NCBI GenBank assembly: GCA_963804995.1
Contig: CAWDSK010000006.1
Coordinates: 1,344,001-1,408,000, forward strand
Length of the DNA stretch: 64,000 nucleotides
Reading direction: 5' to 3'
Source: an uncultured Acidobacteriota bacterium
GTDB taxonomy: Bacteria; Acidobacteriota; Terriglobia; UBA7540
The notes below the pieces were generated by a model that saw only the letters and a program-made list of their open reading frames with translations, had not been told where the DNA came from and did not search any database. A program made the position numbers and the translations under genes. Positions within the stretch are counted from its first letter, which is position 1. The number at the start of each line of letters is the position of its first letter. Of the stretch, positions 59,232 through 64,000 are shown piece after piece.

Positions 59232-59337
59232 AGTTTAACATTTACTTTAGGGGTATCTGCAAGTGGAAGATTTACGAGTTGGGCTACCGGTAGCCCAAAC
59301 GGGCAAAAATCTTTTGGCGAGGGCGTCTAATTGCCCG
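59232..59337 (-). promoter_or_regulatory. palindrome plus promoter module E
   Basis: GGGCAATTAG; GGGCTACCGGTAGCCC at 59281-59296; 18 bp; TTGCAG; 19 bp; TAAACT preceded by TG. Confidence 0.7.
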
Positions 59338-59413
59338 AAATCGTTCTTGCGCTCGCTGGTAAGGGTCACAGAACCCCAGCACCCCGGGGCATATCGGCGT
59401 TAAACTGTCGCTC

Positions 59414-60712
59414 ATGAAAAAACGCAAAACGAACAGCGCAGACGGCGAGTGCTCCTCGCGAAGAACTTTTTTGAAGAAGGCAGCGGGGTGGGGCTTGACC
59501 CTCGCGGCCAAGCCGGCTTCTGCCACTACCCTATTCCGCCCACAGGCAGCGACGAGACGGGGCAGGGTCAATTGGCGGACCCACGAGGTCGCGAAGGTCC
59601 CATCGGGCTACCAGGTGGCAGTGGCAGATGTGAATGGCGACGGCCGGCCGGACATCCTGGGATTGAGTGCGGGTAAGAACATCGTCGAGTGGTACGAGAA
59701 TCCGACATGGAAGGCCCGACCTGTGACCACCGCGACGCAAAACAACATCAGCCTGGCGCCACTGTTTCACCCCGGGTATCCGGTGCGGGGCATGGCGCTG
59801 GCAACTGACTTCGCGCTCGATGACAGCACGCACGGCGGCAGCTTGTGGTGGGCCGAGCCGGGAACTGACTGGGCGGCGGAGTGGCGGATCGAGTTGCTGG
59901 GGAAAATTCCCACCTCGCACCGGCTGCGCTGGGCAAACCTGGATGGCACGGGGCGGTTGGCGCTGGTGGACGCAGTTCTACTGGGCTTCGGCGCAGTGGC
60001 TCCGGATTACAAAGTGCCGGCGCCGCTGACTTGGTTCGAAATGCCGGAACAGCTTTTGCGTGGGCACGTCTCAGCCGGAGGGCCGCCACCGGCCGCCTGG
60101 ACTTCGCACGTGATCGACGCTTCCACTACCGTCGTGCATGGAATCAACGTGCTGGATTGGGATGGCGATGGACGCGATGAAATCCTGACGGCGAGTTTTG
60201 AAGGTGTGCATCTGTATCACGCCGCTGGACGCGGCGCTGAAATTACCTGGACCAAGACACACCTCGCCGCGGGGGATCAACAGTCAACGCCTAAGCGCGG
60301 TTCGAGCGAAATCGGATTGGGGAAGGTGGGCGGGAAGCGCTACCTTGCCACCATCGAACCTTGGCACGGCGACCAGGTGGTGGTCTATCTGGAAGGCAAA
60401 CCGGGTGAGTTGTGGAACCGTCACGTGATCGATACGAGTTTCAACGATGGGCACGCCCTCGCCTGCGCAGATTTGGATGGCGACGGTAACGATGAAATCG
60501 TGGCGGGCTACCGCGGACCGGGCACCAGCCTCTGCGTTTATTACGCTGCGGACGCTTCCGGGATGAATTGGGAGAGACAACTGCTGGATGCAGAGATGGG
60601 CACGTCCTGCGTGGTTATCTGGGATCTGAATGGCGACGGCCGCAAAGATGTCGTGGCCATTGGCTCCTCAACCGGAAATGTGAGGTGGTACGAGAACGGG
60701 GGACTGATGTAG
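59414..60712 (+). CDS. Tat-exported FG-GAP/VCBS beta-propeller protein
   Basis: SRRTFLKK; repeats DVNGDGRPD, DWDGDGRDE, DLDGDGNDE, DLNGDGRKD; IEPWHG. Confidence 0.85.
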   Translation: MKKRKTNSADGECSSRRTFLKKAAGWGLTLAAKPASATTLFRPQAATRRGRVNWRTHEVAKVPSGYQVAVADVNGDGRPDILGLSAGKNIVEWYENPTWKARPVTTATQNNISLAPLFHPGYPVRGMALATDFALDDSTHGGSLWWAEPGTDWAAEWRIELLGKIPTSHRLRWANLDGTGRLALVDAVLLGFGAVAPDYKVPAPLTWFEMPEQLLRGHVSAGGPPPAAWTSHVIDASTTVVHGINVLDWDGDGRDEILTASFEGVHLYHAAGRGAEITWTKTHLAAGDQQSTPKRGSSEIGLGKVGGKRYLATIEPWHGDQVVVYLEGKPGELWNRHVIDTSFNDGHALACADLDGDGNDEIVAGYRGPGTSLCVYYAADASGMNWERQLLDAEMGTSCVVIWDLNGDGRKDVVAIGSSTGNVRWYENGGLM

Positions 60713-61284
60713 GGCTCAGAAGGCAGAAGGCAGAAGGCTTTGACACCTCAATGGTGCAGCGGCATGCAAGAAACGAATGGTCGAGGGCAAAGGAAAGAAT
60801 TGAGACATCTTTTGGGCCAAGCCGCAGGCTGGCGGGCTGCTCGGCGGTTAAGCTTGCGGGTTCGCGGAGAGCATCAGAATTACCATGCCGGTCAGAACGA
60901 GTACAAACTGGATCATGAAGAACATCGGAACTATTTGGTGTAGGACGCTCATTTTAACCTCCCGCCGTCTTCCTTAGCTTTCACAACTTCTGGGTCTATC
61001 TCGGCGTTCACCTACCTAATCGGCGGGGGGCAAGAACTTCATGAATGTTTTTTAATGTTATGGGAGAGACAAGATGTACCTAGGCAAAAATGTCGCCAAT
61101 CCGCATTTCTTACCGCAGTGGGGTGGGGCTGCCGGAAGGGCGGGGCATCAGGATCTGTATGAAATCCCTGATCTGTAGGGGCGGTCGGCGCCAGCCCCCA
61201 GTGGTGGGGACCGCCAACTTTTAGAATCAACGACTTCGGCGATCAGAGTTCGCCGCTACGAGAAAGCCAAAGTGAACTGCCACC

Positions 61285-61533
61285 TTAGAAGCGATAAATC
61301 GGCGTAGACAGTTTGGATGTGACTAAGTGCGCCAAGCGGGCGGCTGACCCATAGGTTCGCCGCGGCAGGCCACCCACAAAGGCCAAGCTTCTGAGGATGG
61401 CCGCGGTGCCGGTTTCGCGCCCCAGGAGGGGAACATCTGGCCGCGCCACGAGCAGCGCCACGACCATGATCGTTAATACCACCAGAAACTGGATCAGGAA
61501 GAATGCGAGAGCAATCCGAAGAATGACGCCCAT
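61285..61533 (-). CDS. small membrane hypothetical protein
   Basis: GGAGG before MGVILRIALAFFLIQFLVVLTIMVVALLV. Confidence 0.45.
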   Translation of the reverse strand: MGVILRIALAFFLIQFLVVLTIMVVALLVARPDVPLLGRETGTAAILRSLAFVGGLPRRTYGSAARLAHLVTSKLSTPIYRF

Positions 61534-61781
61534 GCTGACCTCCCGCCGGCCAACGGCACGCGCTTCCATTCGTCTTGCCAATCGCGCCGGGGCTCGGCGT
61601 ACAGGTATCTAATCGGTTGGAAGTCAGGGCCACATGAATCATTCTTAACGTGGCGGAAAGGACGAGCGGTAGCAGGATTGGCGCGGCGTGAGGGTCACGG
61701 ATGCGGAAAACTTCCGTGGCCGATCAGGATTCCCCCCAATCCAACAGTATGGGCAGCAACCCCATACGCGGCGAGGCAGTC

Positions 61782-61891
61782 GGTTCTGGTGCAGTTTGAT
61801 GTAAAGGCGGCGGCATACATCCCGATCTGATCGAGACGCCGCCATATGGCGAGGTAAACTCGCCGCTACACAATCAAACTGCACCACTACC
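61782..61891. repeat. short IR-bounded element containing a REP
   Basis: GGTTCTGGTGCAGTTTGAT ... ATCAAACTGCACCACTACC. Confidence 0.65.
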
Positions 61892-61943
61892 AGGCAGTCG
61901 TACACGTTGACACACCTCGCCGCGCAGGGGGAAAATCCTAGTT

Positions 61944-62378
61944 ATGCATCAGTTGAGGAAAACCATGTGGGCCGTCGCTCTCGGACTTCTTCTGGCCGGG
62001 CCGGCGGTTCGCGCGCAGGTCCCTGAGAAAATACCGCTTCCCTCGGGCAATGACGATTGGGAGTATACGAACCCGGGGCCGGCAAAATCCGTGGAAATCG
62101 GAAACTTTTATTTGCACAAAGGCAATTTGAAGGGGGCCCTCAGCCGCTTTCAAGAGGCGATCAAGACGAACCCGCATTACGCGCCGGCATTCCTGGGCTT
62201 GGGCAAGGTGTATGAAAAGATGGGCCAGAAGCAGAAGGCGCTAGAGTCTTACGAGCGTTATTTGGACGAGCTTCCCTCCGCTAGGGATGCCGACAACGCC
62301 AAGGCGGCGCAGAGGGCCATAGCACGCTTGCAGAAGGAAGTGGGGACAGGCAAGCCCAACCCTACTCCTCCCCGTTAG
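61944..62378 (+). CDS. secreted TPR protein
   Basis: signal peptide; GNFY..KG...GA..RF.EA, LGLGKVYEKMG....A...Y..YL. Confidence 0.85.
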   Translation: MHQLRKTMWAVALGLLLAGPAVRAQVPEKIPLPSGNDDWEYTNPGPAKSVEIGNFYLHKGNLKGALSRFQEAIKTNPHYAPAFLGLGKVYEKMGQKQKALESYERYLDELPSARDADNAKAAQRAIARLQKEVGTGKPNPTPPR

Positions 62379-62751
62379 GTTCCTCCTCCTCCGTACCCGT
62401 GGGCGTCACCGTATCGAGATAGTCCCGCAACACATGCCCGGCGCGCACGGCGTCTTCTTCGCGCACGAGCAATTGGACATCCAGCACTGGGATGATTTCC
62501 GCCGACCCTCCCCCGGACAGCGTGCAAGGAATTCTCTGCGATTGCAGGATGCTTTGCGCCACTTCGGCATCCATTTGCGCGGTGCCGCTGGTGAAGACTC
62601 GCACTGGAACCAGCTTTACGTTTTTTTCATCACTGAGCTCGAGGGTCGGAGGGGCCTCGGGCGGCGGGCCGGGGAGCAAAAGAGCTCCGCAGTCTTCGCA
62701 CTGGGTGGTGCCATCCACGTACTCGATGAAACACGAAGGACAGTACGGCAT
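62362..62751 (-). CDS. zinc-ribbon plus DUF2007-like protein
   Basis: CPSC..EY.....C.DCG; A...L.S..IP; LLVREEDA.RA. Confidence 0.75.
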   Translation of the reverse strand: MPYCPSCFIEYVDGTTQCEDCGALLLPGPPPEAPPTLELSDEKNVKLVPVRVFTSGTAQMDAEVAQSILQSQRIPCTLSGGGSAEIIPVLDVQLLVREEDAVRAGHVLRDYLDTVTPTGTEEEEPNGEE

Positions 62752-62935
62752 AACGCACCTCGCCTTCCACTCCTTAGTATAAACCTGGGGGAGCCCGAGA
62801 GCGCTGATTCGTTGCGCAGGATTTCTATGATTGCACCGTCTGGCGCGCTATAATGCCGTCGCATCTTGGGGCTTAGCAGCCGGGGCAGGCACGATGAACG
62901 TCCGGCTGAAGCTCCACCCTATTCAGGAGGTATTT

Positions 62936-63112
62936 ATGTCGTGGCTTCCACGCGTGCTCGTGATCCTCGCTACTCTAGGGCTACTGGTGGGCCTCGCGGA
63001 TCGCATCGTGAAAAGTGGGTTCCTCGGAGATCCGGTTTTCTTCTGGCGCGGTTCAGTGGCCTTGTTGATACTGTCGATCGCCATTAGCGTCAATCAGAAT
63101 CGCAGCAAGTGA
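62936..63112 (+). CDS. small two-TM hypothetical protein
   Basis: AGGAGG RBS; 58 aa hydrophobic. Confidence 0.65.
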   Translation: MSWLPRVLVILATLGLLVGLADRIVKSGFLGDPVFFWRGSVALLILSIAISVNQNRSK

Positions 63113-63161
63113 AGGGTATCGGGTCATCGATTCATCGGGCCATCGGGTCATGGGGAAAACT

Positions 63162-64000
63162 ATGTCCCGGTGGCCCGAGGGCTCACTTGCCCATACCTGG
63201 GGGTTTGTCGTGACTTCACGGACTGACATTTGCCGGCGAACAGTGAGGCTGGCACTGCCCAGCGTTCTAGTGGCGGTCATGGCAATCGCTGGTTTTATGG
63301 TCCGCCAACCACGGGCGGAAGAAGCGCAATACGACCTGCTGATCATTAACGGCCATATCGTGGATGGCAGTGGAAGCCCATGGTTTGAGGGCAGCGTGGC
63401 CGTGAAGGACGGCAAGATCGCGGACATAGGGAGATTGATCAATGCCACGGCACGCCGCGTGATCGACGCGAAGGGACTGGTCGTCGCGCCAGGATTCATC
63501 GACCTGCACAGCCATTCTGATCGCACCCTGCTGGTTGACGGCAAGGCGGAAAGCAAGATCCGTCAAGGCGTGACCACGGAGATTCTGGGCGAAGACCACT
63601 CGGCCGGACCGGTTCCGCCCGGCGCGTCGAAAAATCTGACAGAGTACGGATTGACCCGTGACTGGACGACGCTCGGCGAGTACCTGGCGCGCCTCGAACG
63701 CCAAGGTATGTCTGTGAACATCGCTTCTTACGTGGGCGCGGGGCAAGTGCGCGAGGTGGTACTGGGCAACGCCAATCGGGCTCCGACGCCGGCGGAGCTT
63801 GAAAAGATGAAAGCGCTGGTGGACCAGGCGATGCGCGAGGGTGCGATCGGGCTTTCCTCCGGTTTGATCTACCTCCCCAACCTTTATGCCCAGACCGATG
63901 AGCTGATTGAGTTGGCCAAAGTGGCGGCGAAGTATGGCGGGATTTACACCAGCCACATGCGCGGTGAGGGCGCCCACTGGAAAAAGTCCGTCGACGAAGT
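63162..64000 (+). CDS. N-acyl-D-amino-acid deacylase family amidohydrolase (runs off the window end)
   Basis: YDLLIINGHIVDGSG, VVAPGFIDLHSHSD, QGVTTE, GA.GLSSGL.Y, YTSHMR; start uncertain; absent from the ORF track. Confidence 0.88.
   Translation, partial: MSRWPEGSLAHTWGFVVTSRTDICRRTVRLALPSVLVAVMAIAGFMVRQPRAEEAQYDLLIINGHIVDGSGSPWFEGSVAVKDGKIADIGRLINATARRVIDAKGLVVAPGFIDLHSHSDRTLLVDGKAESKIRQGVTTEILGEDHSAGPVPPGASKNLTEYGLTRDWTTLGEYLARLERQGMSVNIASYVGAGQVREVVLGNANRAPTPAELEKMKALVDQAMREGAIGLSSGLIYLPNLYAQTDELIELAKVAAKYGGIYTSHMRGEGAHWKKSVDE

Noticed and set aside
61214..61240. Additional array unit (AACTTTTAGAATCAACGACTT)
   Set aside because: Single IHF-like motif without neighbouring units or the palindrome module.

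Overview
GC-rich bacterial chromosomal segment, probably Acidobacteriota (an inference from gene repertoire and repeat types, not verified). The backbone is an amino-acid biosynthesis region on the minus strand (proC, ilvC, ACT subunit, ilvB, dapD, frameshifted dapA, dapB, asd, DapE-like M20). It also carries carbohydrate and transport genes (mannonate-dehydratase-like enzyme, RND pump, GH2, YdjC-like deacetylase, GMC oxidoreductase), two Crp regulators, a very large PAS hybrid kinase, a duplicated DUF2844/DUF3443 locus and four ISs (two IS1634 copies and an IS1182 nested in an IS6-like element). Two layers are not explained by these genes. (1) A five-copy dispersed element: a palindrome GGGCTACCGGTAGCCC at a fixed distance from a sigma70-like promoter (four copies), then an optional uncharacterised 'HSxGP' protein (two copies), then an AT-rich array of degenerate CCCAYGATGTTnnTGAAAAYAAAGnnnTTA units. 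(2) Small transposase-less gene cassettes (four-helix-bundle, GxxExxY, DUF559), each framed by its own repeat family, with gene-less or internally deleted derivatives elsewhere in the window. No tRNA, rRNA or CRISPR array was recognised.
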